Positions 26,008 through 37,971 of a DNA stretch of 64,000 nt are shown piece by piece. Source of the DNA: Pristiophorus japonicus. Its lineage: Eukaryota. Position 1 is the first letter of the stretch. The number at the start of each line of letters is the position of its first letter. A program made the translations under genes and the position numbers. The DNA lies in assembly GCF_044704955.1 (NCBI RefSeq), contig NC_091985.1, positions 108,872,001-108,936,000 of the forward strand, written 5' to 3'. Below the pieces are notes generated by a model that did not search any database, was not told where the DNA came from, and saw only the letters and a program-made list of their open reading frames with translations.

Positions 26008-29000
26008 TGATAGGTCCTTACTGTACAGTATGAATGCACACGAGGCCCATGCTTGAGCAAAGGTCAGTCTGTGACCTGTCCTTTATTCCAGCACTCAAGT
26101 GATGAAAGTGGATGGAGCTTCCCCTTTTATACCTGAAGGTCCAGGTTAGGAGTGTCTCCCACTAGTTCACCACCTAGTGGTCATTGTTCTCACAGTGTAC
26201 AACTTAGGTCAGATTATACATGGGTTACAATGTGGTTGAATACATGACATCACCTCCCGCCCAAAGTCTTATTGGGATCACAGGTTGAGTCTCTCTGGTG
26301 GTTTACGCTCCCTTGTAGAGCGCCTGAGTTGGGGCTCCGGTTGTTGGGCGCTGGCCTGAGTGTCTGCTGTTTGCAGTGCCTCAGGCCTATCCGGACTGCC
26401 CACAGTGACTGGCCTCTCCTCCCTTTGGTTTCGGTGTTCGGTCACCTGTGGTGGAGTGAACTCTATATCGTGTTCTTCCTCTGCTTCTTCTATGGGGTTG
26501 CTGAACCTCCTTTTTGTTTGATCCACGTGTTTGCGGCAGATTTGTCCATTGGTAAGTTTAACTACCAGAATCCTATTTCCCTCTTTGGCAATCACAGTGC
26601 CTGCGAGCCATTTGGGCCCTGCAGCGTAGTTGAGGACAAAAACAGGGTCATTTACATCAATACATCGCGCCCTCGCATTCCTGTCATGGTAGTCATATTG
26701 TGACTGGCGCCTGCTCTCGACAATTTCTTTCATGGTGGGGTGTATAAGGGATAACCGGGTTTTGAGCGTCCTTTTCATTAGCAGCTCTGCGGGTGGAACC
26801 CCTGTGAGCGAGTGTGGTCGGGATCTGTAGGCCAACAAGAAGCGTGATAAGCGGCTTTGTAGGGAACCCCCTAGGATTCTGAGCATCCCCTGTTTGATTA
26901 TCTGCACTGCTCATTCTGCCTGGCTGTTTGAGGCTGGCTTGAACGGTGCCGTTCTGACATGGTTAATTCCATTGCCTGCCATGAAGTCCTGGAATTCAGT
27001 GCTTGTGAAGCATGGGCCATTGTCGCTGACCAAGATGTCCGGTAAACTGTGGGCGGAGAACATTGCCCGTAGACTTTCTACCATGGCAGAGGATGTGCTT
27101 GAGTTTAAAATGTCACACTCGATCCATTTGGAGTAGGCGTCTACTACAACCAAAAACATTTTTCCCATGAAAGGACCTGCGTAGTCCACATGGATGCGTG
27201 ACCAAGGCTTGGCGGGACATGGCCAGGGGCTAAGGGGGGCTTCCCTGGGTGCATTGCCCACCTGGGCACACGTGTTGCACCTGTAAACACAAAGTTCCAG
27301 ATCTGCGTTTATCCCTGGCCACCAAACGTGTGACCTGGCAATTGCCTTCATCATGACAATGCCCGGGTGCTCATTGTGGAGTTCTCTGATGAACACCTCT
27401 CTGCCCATCTGGAGCATGACTACGCGGTTTCCCCACAGTAGGCAATCGGCCTGAATCGAGAGTTCATCCCTGCGGTTGTGAAATGGTTTAAATTCCTCAG
27501 GGCATGTCCTGTACGTGGCTGCCCAGTCCCCATTCAGAGCACATTTCTTGACTAGAGACAATAGCGGGTCTCTATTTGTCCAGACTTTAATCTGACGGGC
27601 TCTCACGGGTGAGCCTTCGCTTCCGAAAGCTTCAACAGCCATGACCATCTCAGCAGCATGCTCGGTAGCTCCCTCAGTGGTGGCTAGTGGGAGCCTGCTG
27701 AGTGCATCGGCGCAGTTTTCGGTGCCCGGTCTGTGCCGAATTGTATAGTCGTAGGCGGCTAACGTGAGTGCCCACCTCTGTATGCAGGCCGATACATTTG
27801 CATTTATGGCCTTGTTGTCAGCCAAAAAGGACATTAGGGGTTTGCGATCTGACTCCAGCTCAAATTTCCTGCCAAACAGGTACTGGTGCATTTTCTTTAC
27901 CACAAATACACATGCGAGCATCTCCTTTTCTGCCATCCCGTAGCCCCTTTCTGCCTGAGACAGACTTCTGGAGGCATAAGCTACCGGCTGTAACTGACCC
28001 TTGGCATTGACATGCTGCAACACACACCCGACACCATAGGACGACGCATCGCACGTTAACACAAGTTTCTTACATGGGCATATAGCGTTAACAGATTGTT
28101 GGAACATAACAAATTGCATGCTCTATTAAAAGCCCTTTCCTGGCTGTCACCCCAGACCCATTCGCGACCTTTGCGTAGGAGCACGTGTAGTGGCTCTAGC
28201 AGCGTGCTCAATTTGGGAAGAAAGTTACCAAAATAGTTCAGGAGCACCAGGAACGAATGCAGCTCCATCGTGTTACGGGGTCTGGGTGCTCTCTGGATCG
28301 CTTCTGTCTTGGACGCAGTAGGGCTGATCCCGTCTGCTGCTACCCTCATCCCCAGGAATTCTACCTCTGGAGCTAAGAAGACGCACTTCGCCTTTTTCAG
28401 TCGCAGCCCTACCCGGTCCAGTCTGCGTAGCACCTCCTCCAGGTTGTGGAGGTGTTCTTCAGTATCGTAACCTGTGATGAGGATGTCGTCCTGAAAAACC
28501 ACCGTCCCAGGAATCGACTTGAGGAGGCTTTCCATATTTCATTGGAAGATCACAGCGGCCGAGCGAATCCCGAACGGACATCTGTTGTACTCAAACAACC
28601 CCTTGTGTGTCGTGATGGTGGTCAGCTTCTTCGACTCACTCGCCAGCTCCTGGGTCATGTAAGCTGAGGTCAGGTCCAATTTTGAAAAAAGTTTGCCACC
28701 GGATAGCGTCGCAAAAAGGTCCTCCGCTCTCGGTAGCGGGTACTGGTCTTGGAGTGACACCCAATTGATGGTGGCCTTGTAATCACCACATATCCTGACC
28801 GACCCATCTGCCTTGAGCACCGGCACAATCGGGCTCGCCCAGTCACTGAATTCGACTGGCGAGATGATGCCTTCCCTCAGCAGGCGGTCCAATTCGCCTT
28901 CTATCTTTTCCCGCATCACGTACGGCACCGCTCTGGCCTTGTGGTGTACTGGCCTGGCGTCCGGGTTTATGTGAATCACTACCTTGGCCTCCATGAAAGT

Positions 29001-29884
29001 GCCAATGCCGGGTTGAAATAATGAGTCAAATTTGTCCAGGATCTGTGAGCATGATACTCGCTCCACAGAGGAAATTGCATTGACATCACCCCATTTCCAG
29101 TTCATGACAGCAAGCCAACTCCTCCCCAGTAGTGCGGGACCGTCCCCCGGGACAACCCAGAGTGGCAACCTGTTCTCCGAATCTTTGTGGGTCACGACTA
29201 CCGTGACGCTGCCTAGCACCGGAATGATCTGCTTTGTGTAAGTCCGTAGCTGTGCGCCAATCGGCGATAATTTTGGCCTCCTGGCCTTGGATGCCCACAA
29301 CTTTTCGAACTGTTTGATACCCATCAGGGACTGGCTGGCCCCCGTGTCTAGCTCCATTGATACTGGGATGCCATTGAGGAGCACTTTCATCATTATCGGT
29401 GGCGTCCTGGTATATGAACTGTATACGTGCTCCACATGAACTCGCTGAACTTCAGCTTCCAGCGATTTCCCCCTCTGGGTTCGACTACATGTTGGGGCAT
29501 GCCCGATTGCCCTTGTCTGCCTGGAGAACTGTGTGCTGCTTTAACAATGTTGAATCTCTGTCCCAACCATTCCTTAACACAGTAACTCTCTGCTAGTGGC
29601 CTTGCTCACGTGGTTTAAATCCCAGTTTCTCGTCGCCATTGATACGTCCTTACTATACAGTATAAATGCACACGAGGCCCATGCTTGAGCGAAGGTCAGT
29701 CTGTGACCTGTCCTTTATTCCTTAGCACTCAAGTGATGAAAGTGGGTGGAGCTTCCCCTTTTATACCTGAAGGTCCAGGTTAGGAGTGTCTCCCATAAGT
29801 TCACCACCTAGTGGTCATTGTTCTCACAGTGTACAACTTAGGTCAGATTATACATGGGTTGCAATGCTGGTTGAATACATGACA
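26008..29884 (-). mobile_element. Gypsy LTR retrotransposon with most of gag deleted (LTRs 26008-26249 and 29640-29884), TSD CTTTT
   Basis: The LTRs differ by about 8 substitutions and 2 small indels (by eye). PBS TGGCGACGAG at 29629-29638. PPT at ~26250-26265. Confidence 0.97.
26278..29435 (-). pseudogene. pol: Gypsy pol (protease, RT, RNase H, integrase), nearly intact: two in-frame stops plus a frameshift
   Basis: ORFs 28539..29435 (ELDTGAS, RICGDYK), 28056..28535 (FQDD), 26911..28119 (CDASSYG, HVDYAGP, SDNG) and 26278..26907. Confidence 0.95.
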
Positions 29885-29894
29885 CTTTTCGTCA

Positions 29895-31120
29895 CCATCA
29901 TCAACAACAATTTGCAATTATATAGCACCTTTCACATGCAGATGTCTTCATATTGAAGCAAAACACTCAATGACAAACAAATTAACACAACAAATCACGT
30001 ATGTTATAAAAAGTCTCAAATACAAGCAATAAACACAGATTAGACTGACTCAGCCTGTGCAATCTGCTGCTGGACTATACGTCCCATACTGTAGATAACC
30101 AGGGAAAGTGGCTGCAGGTTTCCATTACACTTCAAAGCTCAGGTGCCCAAAATTGTGTGATGAGGCATATCTTAGCATACCACTGCGAACCACACAAAAT
30201 GCCGTGGGGTCAGGGGGAGTTCCCACAATTCCAATGTCTTTGTGCGGGCAGAGAGCACATCTAAAGCACAGCCCACCAAAGAAGCCAGTAAATCCAGCCA
30301 CAGAACCCTTCGTTTGGTGGGGGGGGCTGCTGGATCCCCCACAAGTATAACTTTTAAGTGCCCTTGTAGCTTCCTACAATGAAGCCTGCCATAAAACTTG
30401 GGAAAATAATGTTGCCTGGGAAATTCTTAGGGGTTCGAGCCCAAGTCGCAGGGAGCCAGGCACCTGCACCACCACAGGTACATCTCTGGCACCCACCTGC
30501 CTTGGCAGCCAGAAAATCTGGTATTTGCCACCATGGGGGGAGGGGCTGCCCCAGCCCCTCCCCCCTACCAACTTCAAGACTGAGTAAGGGGCCAGTGCGA
30601 ATCTGGGGTTTTTTCAATGTTTGCTTCCCTGGCCTGGAACCCCCACACCCTGTCCCTAGGGCAGCCCAGTTCCATACATCAGGAGGCCAATATGTCTCAT
30701 CTCAGAGTCCAAGCTCCAGTCCTAAGCCAGGTCCCAATGGGAGAGGGGGGAAGCAGGACTTCTCTAATAGGGAATCTCTAACCTCCAGAGTGCCTCCTGT
30801 GGTCCTTGCCCTTGTAAGAGGTGAGCAGAGATTTCACACCTCACAAAAGGCTGACTAGAAAATTCTGGAAATGTTGGGGTAACCTAGCGCAACCAAAGTC
30901 CCACTATTTTCTGGTGAGTTCTGCCAAACTCCCCGGAATTACAACGTTGGAACCAGTGTGGAAATTTGACGCCAACCTGTTTTTGCTGATATGAATTGGC
31001 CAGGACACTGGAAGAACCCCTGCTTTACTTCAAATAGTTTCATGCATTCTTTTACCTGAGCTAGCAGACGGAGACTTAATGTCTCTTCTGAGTACTACAC
31101 TGCAGCGTCGACCTAGTAGA
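29895..31120 (-). repeat. Split DeuSINE/SacSINE1-like SINE: tail ~29895-29960 and body ~30990-31120, with a possible MITE (~30072-30975) between them
   Basis: Tail reads CAACAATTTGCAATTATATAGCACCTTT. Body TTGGCCAGGACACTGGAAGAACCCCTGCT matches the 36715 copy. Confidence 0.5.
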
Positions 31121-32381
31121 AAGTGGTCTGATATGCTGGAATTCAATCCTTCGATCAGAATGATGTTTGAATTAGGCATACCTTTATCTTAAAAGTAAGT
31201 ACAATATATAAAGGTGAAGATCTGACACAAATGGGTAATAAAAATGTTGAATGACATATTTTCGAGCAGGAAAGAAACAGAACTATCTCCCATCTTCAAA
31301 CAAAATAATAATGTTGGCAATAACCAGCTGCAGGTAAATCAGTGACATCCCCTGATAATATTGAAGAATTTCATTGAACCACTGAAAAGTGACAGTCAAC
31401 AAGTTTTGACGTAATATTAGTGTGTGCCAGGGGATCAGGAGGTGGAGTTATATCAAGAACTGTGAGGCATGTTGTTTTCTTCTCACTGCTTACATGATTT
31501 ACTTCTGTCATCCCAGACACCCAAGGGGAAAAGCAACAAACCTGATCCAGTCTATTATGGTATCTGTCATCTCACCAAGTCTGGCACCTTCAACGTTTCA
31601 CTTTCTGAAAAGCCTGTTTATTTTTGTTGTTGTTGGAGAGCAATTAATGCAAAACATGACAAAATAATAAAGTGAAAGTAAATGTTTTAAAACATCTTTG
31701 CTTCACAACATTTGGAACAGAAGTGTTAACTAAATCTACAACGACACCTGGTACTGATGTACCCAGCCCATGTGAAACTTTATTAAATAGAGAACCATTT
31801 TCCAAAAGCAATGCTGAGCATTTCACTCGCCCCAGGACTGTTACTTCACATGTAGCAGTGTGCGATGTTCAAATATTATTTCAAGTCTTGGTCCAAAGTA
31901 AGAGTATTACTTCTGAGATTTGAAATCTTCAAAATGTTTATAGTTTTGTAATAGATCTGTAAGTTAAATAAGCAGCACTGATTGATTTTGCTGCTATGGT
32001 TTTTACCTTTATCTCAGTTAATTATATTAATAAACCTGATTTGTAGTTGACGCCTGAGGTATATGGTCTGTCATTGAGTGTTATCTGGCCATCAGTTGGA
32101 GAACTGTTTTCATTGTATTTATTCACTGTAAACCAGGTTATTGTTCATCCCATGACACATTACCTCCCAGATTACTGTGCTCATAAGGTCATGTTTTGGT
32201 TCCTGGTTTTGTGTGTAGAAATTGTCTTTTGCACTGGCACAAGAAAGTGTGTCAGGAGAGCACCTAAATTACAACACTTGTATCATATTGTATGAAAAGT
32301 CACAAGTTTGCTTTTATTCCCATTTTTTTTCCCCTTCTGCCCCTCAAACTGACGTTTGCTGTCAGTGCATTTACACAGGTA

Positions 32382-33021
32382 CAGGTATAGCGTTGAAAAT
32401 TCGGAAGCCTCGGGACTGAGGCCGTTCCGCATTCTGTGTATTTCTGGACTTCTGAACATCTTTCTGACGTCCCGAATCGGGAAATGTCCGAGCCCAGGTT
32501 CGGGTATTTTTGGACGTCGGAACGTCTTTCCGACATCCCGAGTCCGGAATCGCCTGGGCCGGTAGGTAGATAGGTAGGGGGCAAGGGGGAGGGCGGGGGG
32601 AGTCGGGCGGCCGAGCAGCGGCAGAGTGGGGGGGTGGGGTTGGCCTGAGACAGGTGCAAGGTCAGCGGCGGCCCGAGGCGAGGCAGAGGTCAGCGGTGGC
32701 CCGAGGCGGGGGAGAGGCCAGTGGCGGTCCGAGGCGGGTAAGAGGTCGGCGGGGGAGAGGTCGGCAGCGGCCTGAGGCGGGGCAGAGGTCAGCGGTGGTC
32801 CGAGGCGGGTAAGAAGTCAGCGGGGTAGAGGTCAGCAGTGCCCTGAGATGGGGAGTCCAATGGCGGAGCGGGGGGGGGCGGGGTGGGGGTGGGGGTGGCG
32901 GAGGCGGGCCAGATTCCAGAACATTTTCTGGATTCTGGAGGACCCCACTGTGGATCTTCCCGGTGCCCGGATTCCAGGACAGTACGGATTTCAGAACTCC
33001 AGATTTTCGACGCTGTACCTG
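32382..33021. mobile_element. Tc1/mariner (Tigger/pogo-like) MITE, 640 bp, TA TSD
   Basis: TIRs CAGGTATAGCGTTGAAAATTCGG / CAGGTACAGCGTCGAAAATCTGG (reverse complement), with TA on both sides. Confidence 0.85.
32655..32840. repeat. GC-rich minisatellite, ~28-bp unit GAGGTCAGCGGTGGCCCGAGGCGGGGCA, about 6 degenerate copies
   Basis: Repeated GGTCAGCGG...CCGAGGCG units are directly visible. Confidence 0.85.
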
Positions 33022-33220
33022 TATCTTTATGTGTGAGCCTGGACAGTGTGTGTTGGCAGGTTGTTCAAATGTGGAAGACATTAGCACCAAGCCCAATCCT
33101 GTTCTCATCCAGGCTTACTTTTTCAAACATGAGGCAGTGGCTATCAGTCAGGAACACCACTCCACACCCTCCCCTCCTTTGAACAGGAAAACTAAAGCCA
33201 ATTGTCATGACCCTAATCAT

Positions 33221-36200
33221 GGGCCCAACTTTGGCCATGACTTGCATCAACTTTTTTGGAGTAAGTTGTTTTTTCTGGCATAAGTTAAAAAAAATGCCAT
33301 TTTCCCCCCAAAATTTGCTCCAGAGTAAGTCAGTTGGGTACGATTTTTTTAGGTCAGTTTTTTTTTTCAAAAGTGGGCGGTCCCAGACACTTACACCAGT
33401 TTAGGCCATTTATGCCACTTTGGCCAGCAAAAACGTACTCCAAGTCGACTTAGGTCAGCGTATGTGGCCAGCTCTGAAAAACCTTGTGGGCAGTGAAGAA
33501 AAAGCAGCGCACATTCGGCAGACATTAGGGCAGGGATAGGGGAGGGAAGAGAACTGGCGAGGACCTCAACATACAAGCACCAAACATTGCAAGGAAAAGC
33601 TCAAACTATTAAAATATTAATAAAAAAGAAGTAAATCCTACCTTATCTTTGAAGTCGGTCCAAGAAAGGCAGTGGGCCGGCCTGTGCATGAGGCCATTCG
33701 GCCTGGGACAGGGGAGGGAAGACATGTACCGGGAGTCCAGAGTGACCAGAGAAGTGCGAACTGCTGAACTGCTGGACACGATGTCATCGGGGAGGGGGGG
33801 GGCAGGGTGGTGTGGTAGTCAAAGAGAGAGAGAGAGATGCTGGCCTCTATATAATGGGGAGGCTGGGAGGGGTGGGGAGAGGAGGCTTTATTTTTTGGAG
33901 CTGTTCCTAATCTTGTGTTGTATTAATTGAACATGATTAATTTTTAATGTAAAATATATTTTATTTAAAACTTTGCAATGTACTTAACTTTATTGTAATA
34001 AAAATATTCTTATATCAAAATTTACTCTTTAAGATCACTTGAACGTTAAGATCACTTATAAACTTGTACCATTACATAACTTACAAAAAACACCCCATGT
34101 GAGAACAGTTAGAACAGTGAGTGAAGTGACATAAACAACAACAGCAGCAAAGAAAGGCTGCACCCATCTCTTATCCCCCCTTAGTCTAAGTCCACCCGCT
34201 GCGCTTGGTCTTGGGCTCTCCACGACCCCTGCCCACAGGCGGTGGCGTAGTGTTTCTGGGGTGCACACCAAGATTCTTCTTTCTAACATCTTGGCAACTG
34301 GGCACCTCTTGAGGATGGGGCGTGTCAACGTCACGTGGCAAGTTGGAGGGCCCAGGCGGCAAGTTGGAGGGCTCAGCCTCGGCCTGTTCAGAGCTTGGTA
34401 CGGAGATTGGAGTGGTAGTGGCAGTTGATTCTGTCAATGGGCGCAGGGTCTGGGCGTGTTCCCTTATTGCAGCAGCTAACTCAGACAATCCCTCCCTCAT
34501 GGCCTTGGTTATTGCAACTGTCGTCCTTTCCACTACCTCTGACATTCCATCCCTCATGGCCACCATTCCCTCACTGATGTTAGCGGACATGGTTCCTATT
34601 TCCTGTGCCATTACTGTTACTTCTCCCGACAGTCCCGCTACCTTCTCACTCACCCCAGTTATGGTGGCCAGGAGTGATCAACGCTCTCCCCACCCAATGC
34701 CATCATCTGAACCACATCTGTCGCATCCTGAATCTCAGGAGAGCGTGGTCCATGTCTCCTTCCCCTCCCCCTGGATTTCGCTCACGGCATCCCACTGGGA
34801 GGCGCAGGCTGGGACCTTGGGACCCTGGGTGTTCCCTGCTGATTAGCACCACCACCACTGCTGGGACCTGTAACCTCGGATGGTGGGGCCACGGCTGTGC
34901 AATGCTGCGACACAACACCACCATCACCACTGGGACCTGCAACCTCTGACGGTGAGAAACCATAGAATGTCAAACCACTAATCAAGAACCTGGCAAATGA
35001 GATATGTTGACCTCCAAGATTCAGTAGAACACTCCTGTCATCGAAACCCTCCAACATCTACTCAAAGTGCCCCTCACGCCCATGTTGTTCTGGAGGGTTG
35101 TTCTCCTCTTCAGGCTTGTCCACGTCTGAATCTTGATTTGGATCATCCAAAGGATTGTCCTCCAGCTCTGCAACATATAACAGAACAGTGAGATGGTTGG
35201 CATGAGTATGCTCACACATAGCAGGCCAGGCAGCAGGTTGATTTGAAGGGCCACGATGATTTTCATGACTAACCCACTCCCTCACGTGCGGGCCCAGCTT
35301 GTGTAGTACTGATGGTTCTTCTCCAGGCAGGACCCATCAAAGCAGCGACCCTCTCTTCCAAGGCTGTCAGTGGGTGCAGATTTGGCGGGCCTCCTCCTGT
35401 TCTAGTTGTTTCCCTTTTGTTGTGGGCCAGTTTCTTCTGCAAAGATGAAAATGCAACTTTTTGGAGAGGGTGTCTTTCTGCTGGTGGGATATATACAGCT
35501 GGTCACATTTATCATTGAAATTACATTGAATAAATGGAAATATTATTTACACTAACTACTTGACCGAGGTCCTGCCACTACTTTTTACACTGTCTTCCAG
35601 ATCTTTTGTTGATCACCAATTCACAGAATTCTTCTGTAACTTCCTTCCAGCGTTTCTTCATCTCTTTGGGTGACACTTTTGTGTGACCTCTGCTGGTTCC
35701 AGGTGCTGCCATCTGTTCTCAATGACAGTAACTAGTGACTCGACTTCGTCATGCAAGAAATTAGTTGTTCTTGGTGGACGTTGGTGTATTATTGCTGCAA
35801 CTGCTCCGAGACACCAACAGCACTTTTGCAATGCTCTGACACACTTTTCCTCTGCACTTAGTCAAACTGTGATTTTTCAAATCATACAGTCCTCTGAGAC
35901 ACTTAACAGCACTTTTGCAATAATCCCATTTTTCCAGGCATGCAACAGTTAATTTCAGGCAGGACACTGCTACTTACATTCAGCACAGCAGCTATTTCGA
36001 CTCAGAGCTCTCCCGGCACGCAACGAATAACAGCTGCGATGCACATTAAAAATGGCCGAGTGCCAAGGTTTGCCTCTATTGCGCATGCGCGCACATCGGG
36101 CTGACACCACTGCGCATGCGTGCAGGTGCCGACACTGTTTTCAGCAATGGCCTGTTGCTCCACCACCCACTTCAGAATGCACGCCACGCCGGGACTCCGG

Positions 36201-36284
36201 GGACTCTGAAGAGCGGCGAGGATGGGGCAACTTTTTCCCTTCAGGTCAGTGCGCCGAGAAAACGGCTTGGGCAAAGTTGGGCCC
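33221..36284. mobile_element. Non-autonomous Harbinger (3.06 kb) retaining only the Myb/SANT gene
   Basis: Perfect 13-bp TIRs GGGCCCAACTTTG. Contains a spliced Myb gene on the minus strand. No transposase motifs seen. Confidence 0.85.
34186..35787 (-). pseudogene. Harbinger Myb/SANT gene, 3 exons (~35787-35551, ~35437-35275, ~35168-34186)
   Basis: Exon 1: TNFLHDEVESLV...KKRWKEV...RSGRQCKK*WQDL. Exon 2: KKLAHNKRETTRTGGGPPNL. Exon 3: acidic segment then heptad-like segment (ORF 34186..34653). Confidence 0.82.
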
Positions 36285-36689
36285 ATAGTCTCAGAGATCA
36301 GCTGCTTCAGCACAGAACGAGAAATGAATCTGGGACCTTCTGCTCCCAATGATTATTACTGCATCAGGCAGTGCCTTTACCCACTAGGCCAATGGGGAAC
36401 TGGCAAAAGTCAGCGTTCGAAATGCAGGTACTATTTACAAGTTGCAGAAGGAATTGAATGAACTTTTAAACAGTAACTTACAACTGCATCCTTCTAATCA
36501 CTGGACATGGTGGGTCATTTCAGCTGTGACGTTACTGTGTCTTATTCCAAACTCTTACCAAAATGGAGAAACTATTAATTCATCGGATGTTATGGGAGGT
36601 CATGATGCAAATTGGAATATTTTGAGCTTCAGTTGTACAGAAAAGTATTTCTTTTTACTGAGATGAAAGACTAGGGTGCACTACCACCA

Positions 36690-36898
36690 AGTGATGTTGG
36701 TTGAAGAATCGATATTGGCCAGGACACCGAGGAGAGCTCCCCTGCTTTTCTTTGACTGATGCCATGGGATCATTTACGTCCACCTGAAAGGGCAGACTTG
36801 ACCTCAGTTAAAAGTCTCATCCAGAAGACAGTACCTCAGACAGTGCAGCACTCCCTCATTATGCACTGGAATGTCAGCCTAGATTATGTGCTCAAGAT
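36690..36898 (-). repeat. DeuSINE (AmnSINE1/SacSINE1-like) central domain
   Basis: ATATTGGCCAGGACACC...GCCATGGGATC.TTTACGTCCACCTGA...GACAGTGCAGCACTCCCTCA...GTCAGCCTAGATT is the reverse complement of the Deu-domain as recalled. Confidence 0.75.
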
Positions 36899-37971
36899 TA
36901 AGTGAGTGGATTAGGTAAATAGAAATGTAGTAATTTTTGAAAGTTTATACTTTGCAGGAGAAGGTGAAGATTGTGGGAGGGCATGAATATGTGCAGTTTT
37001 GATGTCCAAAGAAAGAATGAATTATAGTAGAATATGGTTAAATTAGTCTTAATTTTGCCACAAAAAGGATGTAAAAAGGAGGAGGAACGTGTAGAATGAC
37101 TATAAGCATATCAATAAAACATAGAAGAATAAAAATATATGAGTATTTATTTGGACATAAAGATAGGGAAGGAAAGAAAAGAATTGGGGTGACAGTATTG
37201 GTTAAGGAGAATGTTGCAGTGCTGGGGAGAGAGAATGTCCTGGAGGGGTCAAGGACAGAATCTATTTGGTTAGAGTTAAGAAATATTTGAGGTGCCATTA
37301 CACTAGGTGTATTCTATAGGCCATCAATTGGTGGGAAAAATATGGAGGAGCAAATTTGCAGAGAAATTTGAGAGGTGAAAGAACTATAGAGCAATAAAAA
37401 TGGGGTCTTCAATTATCCTAATATAGACTGGGATAGTAATAGTGCAAGGGGCATAGAGGGAGAAACATTTCTGGTGTGTTCAGGAGAATTTTTTTGATCA
37501 GTACGTTTCCGGCCCAGCGTGGAAGGAGGCAGTGCTGGGTCTGGTTCTGGGGAATGAGGTGGGTCAAGTGGAGCAAGGGGAACATTTAGGGAACAGTGAT
37601 CATAGAATCATAAGGTTTAGATTAGCTATGGAAAAGGACAGGGAGCAATCGAGAGTAAAAATACTTAATTGGAGGAAGGCAAATTTCAGTGGGTTGAGAA
37701 CGGACCTGGTCCAGATAAATTGGAATCAAAGATTGTCAGGCAAAACTGTAATCGAACAATGGGCTGCCTTTAAAGAGGAGATGGTTCAGGTACAGTCGAA
37801 GTACATTCCAATGAGGGGGAAAGCTAGGGCAACTAAAGCTAGAGCTCCCTGGATGAGGAAAGAGATAGAGAGTAAGGTGAAGCCTATGATAGATGTCAGG
37901 CTTGAGAATACAGGTGAGAATCAGGCTGAACATAGAAAGTTCAAAGGGGAAGTTAAAAAGAAAATAAGAAG

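Noticed and set aside
32662-33108. Proline-rich 148-aa ORF
   Set aside because: Translation of the minisatellite and G-runs inside a MITE.
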